From Deltaproteobacteria bacterium (GTDB lineage Bacteria > Myxococcota > Kuafuiibacteriia > Kuafuiibacteriales > Kuafuiibacteriaceae): a stretch of DNA of 64,000 nucleotides. Positions 42,001 through 49,535 of the stretch are shown here, one piece after another. The notes below the pieces were generated by a model. It made no database searches. It worked only from the letters and a program-made list of their open reading frames with translations, and was not told the DNA's origin. The stretch covers positions 279,948 through 343,947 of the forward strand of contig JAVJQW010000042.1 in the NCBI GenBank assembly GCA_040218735.1, read 5' to 3'. Positions within the stretch are counted from its first letter, which is position 1; the number at the start of each line of letters is the position of its first letter. The position numbers and the translations under genes were made by a program.

Positions 42001-42583
42001 GAAGGAGCACCTCAACCGCCTCGTTCACACCACGAAGAAGGCGAACGCGGCGCACCTCGACGTCCTGAAGGCGCGGGTCGCGACGGGGCGGCGCACGGCG
42101 TCTTCGTCGGCGCGGCTCCGCCGGATGCGCGACGAGGCCTCGATCCACGCGCTCGAGACCACGCCGCTGTTCGAGCTGTGCTTCGACGGCGCGGCGCGCG
42201 CGCGCTTCGAGGAGAACGGGACGCTCGACCAGCTCCGTCAGCTCTTCGACGAGGTCGTCGCGGAGCGTTCGCGACCGGCGCGGACGCGGGGCGCGATGTT
42301 CGAATCTCCGGCGTCGGTGCGGAACGGCCGCGACTCGATCGACGAGGCGCGTGACAACGATCCGACCTCCGTCGCGAGCCGCGTGCTGCTCGCGGGGATG
42401 AGCGTCGCGACCGGTGTCCAGGGTTACCAGTTCATCGCGGCGCCGCTCGTCGAGCAGACGATGTTCCAGAACGTGTCGCGCGAGCAGCGAGGCGAAGCGA
42501 AGCAGCACGATGGTGGCGCCATCCAGGTCGACCGGCACCTCGCGCAGCGCGAGAACGATGGGGGGCACGACCATGGGCCATGA
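39059..42583 (+). CDS. Circularly permuted type-2 ATP-grasp ligase fused to ~550 aa of extra C-terminal sequence
   Basis: FEFNLGTPSGLS, LVNPSDL, GIYGR, VVDDK, VVK...SGG.G, NPSQFIVQ, DWRIF, RVA....NTSQGGG match CP_ATPgrasp_2 motif order. Confidence 0.85.
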   Translation: MGFLNRALGWRPIRTSAVAPTHARPADQTAATPVAPVVVEGAPSELISPHRLRLTNDDGEIVTRPASNYYVHEDGSRRPIVDDLAKLVLSRPAEAQRMFADRITRAHADAEMSFRVKDPETGAYDKVFEVPCHPNPIPLEQRHFDALVESTGPVMRSLRELLQVFYSKPDATAEDLGLADLPAEERDRLMETIRGSVYFEPKLVDANMADYPFLSVAGFDAAVGDLDDPDPIFFEFNLGTPSGLSNNIQLLEVLREQDPEMYEVLRQRLPKDETFTILADAIRSNAEAWTKRPDGISVVIGPGVANGAHPDVASIAHYSGMPLVNPSDLYEDHNGDIRLNTPNLEPHPYVTGIYGRMEESYFLQDSDAGYPIRDPHLVDSEALSKRLGVKLEPGILYDFVYDEQDPEKIVDVKKDAEGRPQLAKVFESIGQDPARPDAKRGSFADAIKNRKLYYSGLGGRVVDDKRVFQAISRYVAPRHLRSDGEPIARPPRTLDVSEYEQFYSSEDLTRFVVKAPDRSGGDGVMLMCNLTEEKRRQVVEEVRANPSQFIVQEMVPSAVTLSPERGEDGKLGLGSLMTDWRIFSAMDANGDVRAGANSLLLRVAKAASASTNTSQGGGYGLGTVLAPPGEGAVRKPGESLLPTPPKHAFLTQSKVDELDEWLKLFALVLQWSDPEAGNELQPIGNATFLADRQRGVMELLGRDFADVMPLLRRYDKGEETQETVHLTLLELRNRLLAHDDFPVDGVQAIIRNHLGTYLPPQTAKVEGPAPQPRTESLAKLKLTELDSPRAIFEAKSGDVTSVVFETATYAAPPPAIVAANERLAKFGGEVRFVREKIDGAWSDFAAAPHFRVEDGVPFVGLDVTQPNATSALAHQMAYFEVFEESVQSLVRDGVEPDLAAKMAGVMTKDVSLWARAERRGIKAAIATDLADTSELNRSDYFRPTTPRDPGYASRVGHVDVEAIRSVLFAGKVDGDLDVKLAKEHLNRLVHTTKKANAAHLDVLKARVATGRRTASSSARLRRMRDEASIHALETTPLFELCFDGAARARFEENGTLDQLRQLFDEVVAERSRPARTRGAMFESPASVRNGRDSIDEARDNDPTSVASRVLLAGMSVATGVQGYQFIAAPLVEQTMFQNVSREQRGEAKQHDGGAIQVDRHLAQRENDGGHDHGP

Positions 42584-45338
42584 CGTCAGCCGTCTGAAGA
42601 GCGCGCGCTCGATCCCGGTCTCGTCCGCTACGGGGGAAGCGCCCGCGAACGCCTCGAAGGTCCTGCAGATGCCGGACGCGCCGGTGTCTCGACCCCGTCA
42701 CGTCGGTTGCTCGACCGATCCGTCGTCGCCGAACGGCGTCATCGGCGTGCGCGGGAAGAACCGCGGGACGCTCAACGGCAGCCGTGCGCTCCGCGCGCTC
42801 ACGGGTTTGGAGGGGCACATCTCGCGTCGCGACCTCGTCGCGCTCGGGGCGGTGCGCACCAAGCAGTCCGCGCTGGCCGGTCTGTCCGAGGCGCAGCTCC
42901 AGTCGCGCTTCGCGGAGCTGAAGTCGTTCGTGCGCGGTGACCGCAAGCGGATGGAGAAGGTCCTGCCGGAGCTGATCGCCGTCGCGACCACCGTCGCGCG
43001 CAAGACGCTCTCGCTGCCGGCGCGCGACGAGCAGATCGTCGCCGCGATCGCGATGGTGCGCGGCTCCGCCGTCGAGCTGTCGACGGGCGAAGGCAAGTCG
43101 CTCGCGGTGGGGCTCGCCGCGGCGGCGCTCGCGACCGAAGGCAAGGGCGTCCACGTGATGACCGCGAACCACTACCTCGCGGATCGCGACAGCGGTCAGA
43201 TGCGGGCGTTGTTCGACGGTCTCGGCCTCACGGTCGGCCTCGTCGCGGACGACCAGGGGCCGCAGCGGTACGAGAACAAACGCGTCGCGTACGCCGCCGA
43301 CGTCACGTACGGCGCGGTGTCGACGATGGCGTTCGACTGGCTCGAGGATCAGACGTGGTGGCGCAAGGAGTCGCGCGTGATGCGCGGCCAGCCGTCGGCG
43401 CTCGTCGACGAGCTCGACCACATCCTCCTCGACACGGCGGTCGAGCCGCTGGTCCTCAGCCGCTTCCCCACGGAGCACGAAACGATCGACCCGGTCGACG
43501 AGTCGCTGCTGAAGACCGCGAAGCAGATCATCGACGCGCTCGACGCCGACGATGTCACTGTCTACCTCGAAGGTGACATTCCGCGCCCGCAGCTGTCGGA
43601 GTCCGGCCTCGAGAAGATGGAACACGCCGCGCGCGACGTGCTCGGCCTCACGGGCGGCGAGTGCATCTGGGAAGAGCAGCACACCGAGCTCCTCGCCGAG
43701 CTTCGCCTCGCGCTCGAGGCGCGGTTCTCCGTGCGCCCGGGGCGCGACTACATCAAGCAGGACGGCGACATCGTCCTCGTGAGCCAGTCGACGGGGCGCC
43801 CGAACCCCGCCGCGCGCCTGCGGCACGGTCTCCACAACGCCGTGCGCGTTCGTGAGGGGCTCCCGCCCGAGAACAACGCCGTCCCGATCGCGATGGGGTC
43901 GTATCACCACTTCCTCCGCGCGTACGACTACATGACCGGGACGACGGCGACGGTGCACGGCGCGCGTCAAGAGCTGCGCGAGCTGCACGGCCTGACGATC
44001 ACGCGCATCCCGACGCACCGGGAGAACAAACGCGAGGACCTGCCGGATCGCATCTTCTCGCACCCCGCGGTTCGCGACGCGGCGGCGATCGCCGATCTGT
44101 TCAAGCGCAACGCGGACGGGCAGCCGGTGTTGATCTCGACGGTCTCCGTCGAAGCGTCGAAGCGCATCGCGAACCTCACGCGCGATCCGCTCGCGGCGCT
44201 CGCGGCTGCGGCGTGCTCTTCGTCCAAGCTCATGGCGATCGCTGGGGAGCTGATCGACGACGCCGACGAGCTCCTCGGTCGACCCGAGGCCCGCGGCGAC
44301 GACGAGCTGCGGTCGACGCTCTCCCACTCGCTCGCGGAGCGGATGCGGGAGGACCGCGCGGGCACGTCCAAGTTCGTCGCGTTCCTCGCCAAGCAGGGGC
44401 TCGATCTCTCGGTTCTGCTCGACCGCTCGGAAGGCCTCGCGCCGCAGGTGCTCAACGCCGAGAACCACGCCGCCGAGGCCGACATCATCGGCAGCGCCGG
44501 CGGGAAGGGCGCGGTCATCATCGCCACGCAGATGGCGGGCCGCGGCGCGCACATCCACGTCCCGGACGAGGTGCTGGAGCTCGGTGGTCTGCACGTCATC
44601 GGCGTCGAACGCAAGGAGAGCAGGCGGCTCGACCTGCAGGTGATCGGACGCTCCGGGCGTTGCGGCGAGATCGGCTCCAGCCAGTTCTTCGTGTCGCCGG
44701 CCGACGCGTTCCTCACGCACCTCGCGGCGAGTGACCGGCGCGCCCTCGCGCGGCGCCTCAGCGGCGATGAGCCCGAGCTGACGAACGGCGTCCGTCGCTT
44801 CTTCTTCTCGCGTACCGTGAAGCGCGCGCAGGAGCACGCGGAGATGCGCGCGGCGTCGATTCGCTACACCACGGCGCCGCTGGACGAGTCCCTCGAGCAC
44901 CAGCGCGCCGCGGTGCAGAAGTTCCGCAACGAGACGATCGAACACGCCGACCCGCTGGATCTCGTCCTCGGGTGGGTCCGCGAGCTGGCCATCGACGACG
45001 AGGCGCGGGTTCGCACGATGTTCGGGCTGGGCGACGCTCGGGGCGACGTCGCAGCGCTGATCCGCGCGCGCGTCGAAGCGCACGACGCCGCGAACGGCAC
45101 TTCGTCCGAGGCGTCGGCGGACTTCGTCCGCGACATGATCCTCAGCCACGTCGACGTGTGGTGGCTCGCGCAGCTGCACGAGCACGAGTCGCTACGCAGC
45201 ACCGCGTTCATGCGGACGCGGATGAACACCTGGGCGGACCACACGTTCGATACCGCCGAGGCGTTCGCCGAGATGTGCTTGCAGTTCCAGGATCAGACGC
45301 TGGAGCAGCTGGCGTTTCATCTGACCGGCGTGGCTTGA
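42573..45338 (+). CDS. Divergent SecA paralog
   Basis: STGEGKS, GKGVHVMTANHYLADRD, VDELD, GLHNAV..REG, GQPVLI, ATQMAGRG, GGLHVIG.ER.ESRR.D.Q..GRSGR; no SEC-C tail. Confidence 0.9.
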   Translation: MGHDVSRLKSARSIPVSSATGEAPANASKVLQMPDAPVSRPRHVGCSTDPSSPNGVIGVRGKNRGTLNGSRALRALTGLEGHISRRDLVALGAVRTKQSALAGLSEAQLQSRFAELKSFVRGDRKRMEKVLPELIAVATTVARKTLSLPARDEQIVAAIAMVRGSAVELSTGEGKSLAVGLAAAALATEGKGVHVMTANHYLADRDSGQMRALFDGLGLTVGLVADDQGPQRYENKRVAYAADVTYGAVSTMAFDWLEDQTWWRKESRVMRGQPSALVDELDHILLDTAVEPLVLSRFPTEHETIDPVDESLLKTAKQIIDALDADDVTVYLEGDIPRPQLSESGLEKMEHAARDVLGLTGGECIWEEQHTELLAELRLALEARFSVRPGRDYIKQDGDIVLVSQSTGRPNPAARLRHGLHNAVRVREGLPPENNAVPIAMGSYHHFLRAYDYMTGTTATVHGARQELRELHGLTITRIPTHRENKREDLPDRIFSHPAVRDAAAIADLFKRNADGQPVLISTVSVEASKRIANLTRDPLAALAAAACSSSKLMAIAGELIDDADELLGRPEARGDDELRSTLSHSLAERMREDRAGTSKFVAFLAKQGLDLSVLLDRSEGLAPQVLNAENHAAEADIIGSAGGKGAVIIATQMAGRGAHIHVPDEVLELGGLHVIGVERKESRRLDLQVIGRSGRCGEIGSSQFFVSPADAFLTHLAASDRRALARRLSGDEPELTNGVRRFFFSRTVKRAQEHAEMRAASIRYTTAPLDESLEHQRAAVQKFRNETIEHADPLDLVLGWVRELAIDDEARVRTMFGLGDARGDVAALIRARVEAHDAANGTSSEASADFVRDMILSHVDVWWLAQLHEHESLRSTAFMRTRMNTWADHTFDTAEAFAEMCLQFQDQTLEQLAFHLTGVA

Positions 45339-45353
45339 CGCGGCGAAGCCGCG
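45339..45353 (+). terminator. Hairpin immediately after the secA-like stop
   Basis: CGCGGC-gaa-GCCGCG. Confidence 0.4.
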
Positions 45354-45363
45354 GACGATTCGA

Positions 45364-45516
45364 ATTCTCATCCCCTGGCCCCGGTCTCGGCTTTCCGAGT
45401 TTTCGGTCTTCGGTGTTTGCGTTCATGGACGGACGCCCTAGGGCGCCCGCTTCAGTTCGCAGGATGTAGGAATTCAGGAAGTTGGAAAGCCGCGATGAGG
45501 GCCGGGGGGTGGGAAT
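45364..45516 (+). ncRNA. Candidate rod-like structured RNA (6S-like architecture possible)
   Basis: Arms 45364-45398 and 45482-45516 pair at 32 of 35 positions, including 5 G-U wobbles on the + strand; an inner stem closes on CGCC-ctag-GGCG. Confidence 0.55.
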
Positions 45517-45528
45517 GGGAACGGGACT

Positions 45529-48500
45529 TCACCCGGGATGCGGCGACGTATCGTCGCGCGGCGCATCCTGCGGCTCCGTCGGCGTCTCCGCCTCGCGCTC
45601 CGCCGCCGCCGCCGCCGCCGCCGCGCGCTCCGCCTCGACGTGCGCCTCTACGTCCGCGTCCGACACGATGTACGACGTCCAGTTCGACGGGAGGTTCAGG
45701 CGCTCCGCGATCTGCAGCCCCTCTTCGGTCTGGTTCCGCAGGTCCGGCACGCCGTTCACGAACAGTGCGATGCGGTACTGCGGGTCCATCGCGCTGCCGA
45801 TGTACGTCGACGGCGCGTGCCAGTTGAGGCGCACGTCGTGGGCGCCCCACACGAAGTCGGGCTCGCCGTACGTGAAGCCTTCGTTCAGGACGCGGCCGGT
45901 GCGCTCGTCGATCTGCATCCAGCCCGCGAACACCTTGTTCGTCCCGCCGAGGCCGGCCTGGAACACCATCTTGTCGCCCGCCTGCCGCTCGAGCGGTCCG
46001 CGGATGCCGACGAGGTCGGCCGACCCGCTGAACGCGGGGCGGTCCGCCCCCTGCGTCACGTACGTCTCGATCGAATCGATCCACTTCCGCGCGTTCGAGA
46101 TGCCTCGCGCGAGCGAGCCCTCGTTGACGTACACCCCCTCCGCGCGCTGCACGAAGCTGACGTAGTGCGAGAAACGCACGTCGTGCGGCGTCTCGCCCTG
46201 GATGTAATCGACCTCGTCCGCGCGGAACGTGATGTTCTTGCCGGTGGTGAGGTTCATCTGGAACTCACCCGCGAACGGCGCGTCCGCGGAGAACGAAAGG
46301 AAGCGCTCGGGCACCACCAGGTTCTCACCCGACTGCACCCACCCCGCGGGACGCTCGGCGACCGCGGCGTTGCTCTCCTGCACGGCCTCCAGCGTGTACC
46401 CGAACGGCGCGAGCTCCGGGCGATCCAACGCCTGCGCGATCGTGCGCGGCGCTTCGCCGCCGACCTCGACCTCGTGGGCCGGGATCTTCAGATCGAGCGT
46501 CGCGCCCTCGGGGAGCGCGACGCGATCCCACATGCGGAAGAACGAAGGACGCGCCTCGCGCGTCGCGGCGTCGATCGCAGCCGCGTCGTGCTCCGGCGTC
46601 GCGTGCGCCTCGAGGACCGAAGCCCAGGTGTCGCCCTCCGCGACCTCGTGCTGGACGTCGCCGTCGCCGATGCGGAGGTGCACCGTCGCGCCGACCTCGA
46701 GCTGCGGAATCACGATCGCCGTGAGCGCGTCGCGGTTCGCCTGGGCGACTCGGTTGTTGCCGACGATGTCGAACACCGCGAGCTGCTCCGCCACGGTGTT
46801 CCCGTCGGCCGCAACCGAAAGCGTGATCTCCGGAAGCGAGAGCTTCTCGTCCGGCAGCATCGTGTGCGCCGGGCGCGCGAGCACGTCCGGGTTCGCGCGG
46901 AGGAACTGCGACACCGTGACGTCGAGCTCGGCGAGGCCGAACTTCTCGTACTGCATCTGCAGCGTCTCACCCGGCTGCACGTCCTCGGCGGCGCGCTTGC
47001 GCCCCGGGTTCGCCGCGTCGGGATCCGAACCGAGCTCCGCCGCCGACCAGTCGAGGTGCGACAGATCCGTCACCGGCTTGCCGGACTTGCTGATGAAGTT
47101 CGTGCCGCTCTGGTAGATGACGCGAACCTCATCACCCTGGTTCATGATGAAGCGAACCTGGGCCGCGTTGATCGTCTGACCTTCCAGACGCAGCGAACCG
47201 AGGATCGGCTCACTCGGCGTGTTGTGGATCCGCAGCACGTCTTCGTCGATGAACCGGTGGTTCGTCTGCGTGAACGGCGATGGCGTGAACCCGACGAGCT
47301 CACCGAAGTTGGTGTAGATCGTCGTGCCCCGCTGCCAGCGCACTTCGGTCGCGTCGTAGCCGAACCGATAGCCACCATCGACCGGGTTCTGCGTTCCGCC
47401 GATCCCGGGCAGGTCCATGTACACGAGGTCGCGCGCGTCGTTCTTCGGGATCGCGACGAGCTCGCCACCGACGCGGATGTACACCTGACGGTCCGTCTGA
47501 CCGATGAACTCACGCGGCAGATCCGGGAACCGCCCGAAGAGCTGGTCCGACCCACCGTTGTCGTCGCACTGGCCCCAGTACCCGGTCTCGAGCGTCTGGT
47601 TCGCGTGGCCGTCGCCGAGCACACGGCCCGACGGCGTCTTCAGCAGACCGACCACTTCACTCGCCGGCACACTTTGGCCGGCGACCGGATCCGAGAACTG
47701 CAGCGACCAGTGCGCGGGCTCGCCGTCCTCTTCGTGAATCACGACCTCGACGTCGAGGCGCTGACCGTTGTCCGCGCGGACCACGTGTAGCTGCGTCGAG
47801 CTGTTCGCTTCGACCGCCTGACCGGTCGCGGTGATCGCGTCGATCGGGAACGTGAACCCGGGCTGCACGGGGAGCTCGCCGAGTCGAACGTCGTTCGCGA
47901 AGCCGTCGGCTCGCGACCCGACCTGGATCATCTTTCCGTAGTTGAGGCGGTCCAGCGGCGGCGACGCTTCGTTGAACGTGATCTTGTGGTGCCCGGAGGG
48001 CTCGCCGACCATGTACCCGAGCGACGGGAAGCTCTTGAGCTCCACCGCCGCCGGATCGCGACCGTCCGCCACGCGGATCCGGTCGAGCGCGACCATCCCC
48101 GAGGCGAGGTTCGACGTGCTCATCGACAGCCGCGTCGGGCTGGAGCGGTTGTCCGCCGCGCGGAACTCGGTCGGGAAGTCGTTCGGCTCGAAGCCCTTCG
48201 CGATCGCCTGCGCGAGGCCCATGCCGGAGCCGTTGAAGTCCGTCGCGAAGAACTGGAGCAGCGCGCGCGCGTCCGCGCCGAAGCGTCGCTCGTCGAAGAC
48301 CGGGAGCTTGAAGAACGCGTCGAGCAGCTCCTCCTGCACCTGATGTTTGATGCGATCGCCCGTCGCGAGCGCGGTGTCGTCCCACGCGTTGAGCGCGCGC
48401 CCGAACTGGTAGAGCAGGCAGGTCATTTCGTACTTGCGTTGCTCGAGCGGCGCACGCTCGTAGTGCCCGACCTGAGTGCCCAAGCCGTACTCCGTGCCGA

Positions 48501-49326
48501 TGCGCTCGGGGAGCCAGCGGATGGGCCAGGTGTCGATGATGGAGCGGTCGGTGCCCCACCACTCGGCGTCGGAGCACACGCGCACCTCGCCGGCGTCGAC
48601 CGGCGCGTGGTTCGGGTTGGCGCCGATCTCGACCTCGGGGAGGTTGAAGCCGGCGCGCAGTAGTGGCACCGCCTCCTGCGTGATGAACGCGGAGTGGCGC
48701 GGGTCCTCGAGCATGAAGCGAATCAGCGCGGAGTGACCGGCCGTCACCTGTATGGGACCGGCGCGATCCGAAGCGGAAGCGAGCCGCGTCCCGTCGAGGT
48801 CGTGGGTGCGTGCGTACTCGAGTAAGTGACCGACGCCCTCCGGCGTCAGCCCGTCGACCCCGCGGTGCGAAGTCCCGGGCGTGTCCGAGTCCCAGAAGAT
48901 CTTGAAGAGCGGATACTCCTCGGCGCGGCCCGGCTCGAACTCGACGCCGGTCTGCTGGATCGGCGCGGTCAGCTCGGACTCCACGACGACGGGCGTCCCC
49001 TGGTCGAGCCGCACGTAGTCCGCGTACGCGGGGACCGTCGCGCTCATCCCGGCCAACAGCGCGAGCCCCGCGCCCAGCCTTCGGAGCCGACCGCCGCCGA
49101 GCGCTCCGAAGATCGCCCCGCCGCCCGAGCCGGCCTTGCCGACCTGACGCTGCGCGTCATGCGTCGCGTTGCGACCCTTCCGGGTCGTGCCCGCCGAGCC
49201 CATCGGGGCCTGAGGCAACGCGCTCCCCTTGCGCTCGAGGCGACCGGGTGCGGAACCCTTACGGAGGTCCGTCGAAGCGGGCGTGTAGCCGCCGCGGGGG
49301 GAGTTGGGGACGATCGGTGATGCCAT
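45529..49326 (-). CDS. Large exported protein with extended signal peptide, transglutaminase-elicitor-like motifs and about four LysM-like repeats
   Basis: About 80 basic/Gly/Pro/Ser residues then LGAGLALLAGMSATVPAYA; YWGQC and PDFVW motifs; VQPGETL..FLRANP and EVAEGDTW-type repeats. Confidence 0.7.
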   Translation of the reverse strand: MASPIVPNSPRGGYTPASTDLRKGSAPGRLERKGSALPQAPMGSAGTTRKGRNATHDAQRQVGKAGSGGGAIFGALGGGRLRRLGAGLALLAGMSATVPAYADYVRLDQGTPVVVESELTAPIQQTGVEFEPGRAEEYPLFKIFWDSDTPGTSHRGVDGLTPEGVGHLLEYARTHDLDGTRLASASDRAGPIQVTAGHSALIRFMLEDPRHSAFITQEAVPLLRAGFNLPEVEIGANPNHAPVDAGEVRVCSDAEWWGTDRSIIDTWPIRWLPERIGTEYGLGTQVGHYERAPLEQRKYEMTCLLYQFGRALNAWDDTALATGDRIKHQVQEELLDAFFKLPVFDERRFGADARALLQFFATDFNGSGMGLAQAIAKGFEPNDFPTEFRAADNRSSPTRLSMSTSNLASGMVALDRIRVADGRDPAAVELKSFPSLGYMVGEPSGHHKITFNEASPPLDRLNYGKMIQVGSRADGFANDVRLGELPVQPGFTFPIDAITATGQAVEANSSTQLHVVRADNGQRLDVEVVIHEEDGEPAHWSLQFSDPVAGQSVPASEVVGLLKTPSGRVLGDGHANQTLETGYWGQCDDNGGSDQLFGRFPDLPREFIGQTDRQVYIRVGGELVAIPKNDARDLVYMDLPGIGGTQNPVDGGYRFGYDATEVRWQRGTTIYTNFGELVGFTPSPFTQTNHRFIDEDVLRIHNTPSEPILGSLRLEGQTINAAQVRFIMNQGDEVRVIYQSGTNFISKSGKPVTDLSHLDWSAAELGSDPDAANPGRKRAAEDVQPGETLQMQYEKFGLAELDVTVSQFLRANPDVLARPAHTMLPDEKLSLPEITLSVAADGNTVAEQLAVFDIVGNNRVAQANRDALTAIVIPQLEVGATVHLRIGDGDVQHEVAEGDTWASVLEAHATPEHDAAAIDAATREARPSFFRMWDRVALPEGATLDLKIPAHEVEVGGEAPRTIAQALDRPELAPFGYTLEAVQESNAAVAERPAGWVQSGENLVVPERFLSFSADAPFAGEFQMNLTTGKNITFRADEVDYIQGETPHDVRFSHYVSFVQRAEGVYVNEGSLARGISNARKWIDSIETYVTQGADRPAFSGSADLVGIRGPLERQAGDKMVFQAGLGGTNKVFAGWMQIDERTGRVLNEGFTYGEPDFVWGAHDVRLNWHAPSTYIGSAMDPQYRIALFVNGVPDLRNQTEEGLQIAERLNLPSNWTSYIVSDADVEAHVEAERAAAAAAAAEREAETPTEPQDAPRDDTSPHPG

Positions 49327-49387
49327 GGTGTGCCGCCACGGGTCCGTGACGTGGGGTTGTCCCGCGTCACCTGTAACCCTGTTTCAG

Positions 49388-49414
49388 TTATCGGACCGAG
49401 ACGTTCAGCGTTGC
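49388..49414 (-). promoter_or_regulatory. Sigma-28-like promoter
   Basis: Minus strand GCAAC-N14-TCCGATAA upstream of ATG 49326. Confidence 0.65.
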
Positions 49415-49535
49415 GCACAAGGTAGTCAGGTGTAGCTAGACATCTGACCTTTCTCCGGCGCACCGGACTTGTCCGCCGGGCTGGACATCGACTAACGGGC
49501 CGTATCGTCGTTTCGGTCCAGAGGGGGGCGCGCCC

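Noticed and set aside
45364-45516. Retron msr-msd or SRP RNA interpretation of the hairpin
   Set aside because: No reverse transcriptase is nearby and no SRP helix-8 motif with GGAA tetraloop was seen.
45595-45630. (GCC)n microsatellite
   Set aside because: It encodes an in-frame poly-Ala near the C-terminus; not a phase-variation tract.
42432-47790. Very long antisense ORFs (917 aa, 750 aa) and similar ones elsewhere
   Set aside because: These are mirror frames of real genes, expected from high-GC codon bias, and contain no motifs.
42385-49065. LLAGMS hexapeptide shared by the ATP-grasp C-terminus and the large protein's signal core
   Set aside because: Short hydrophobic match that could easily be chance.
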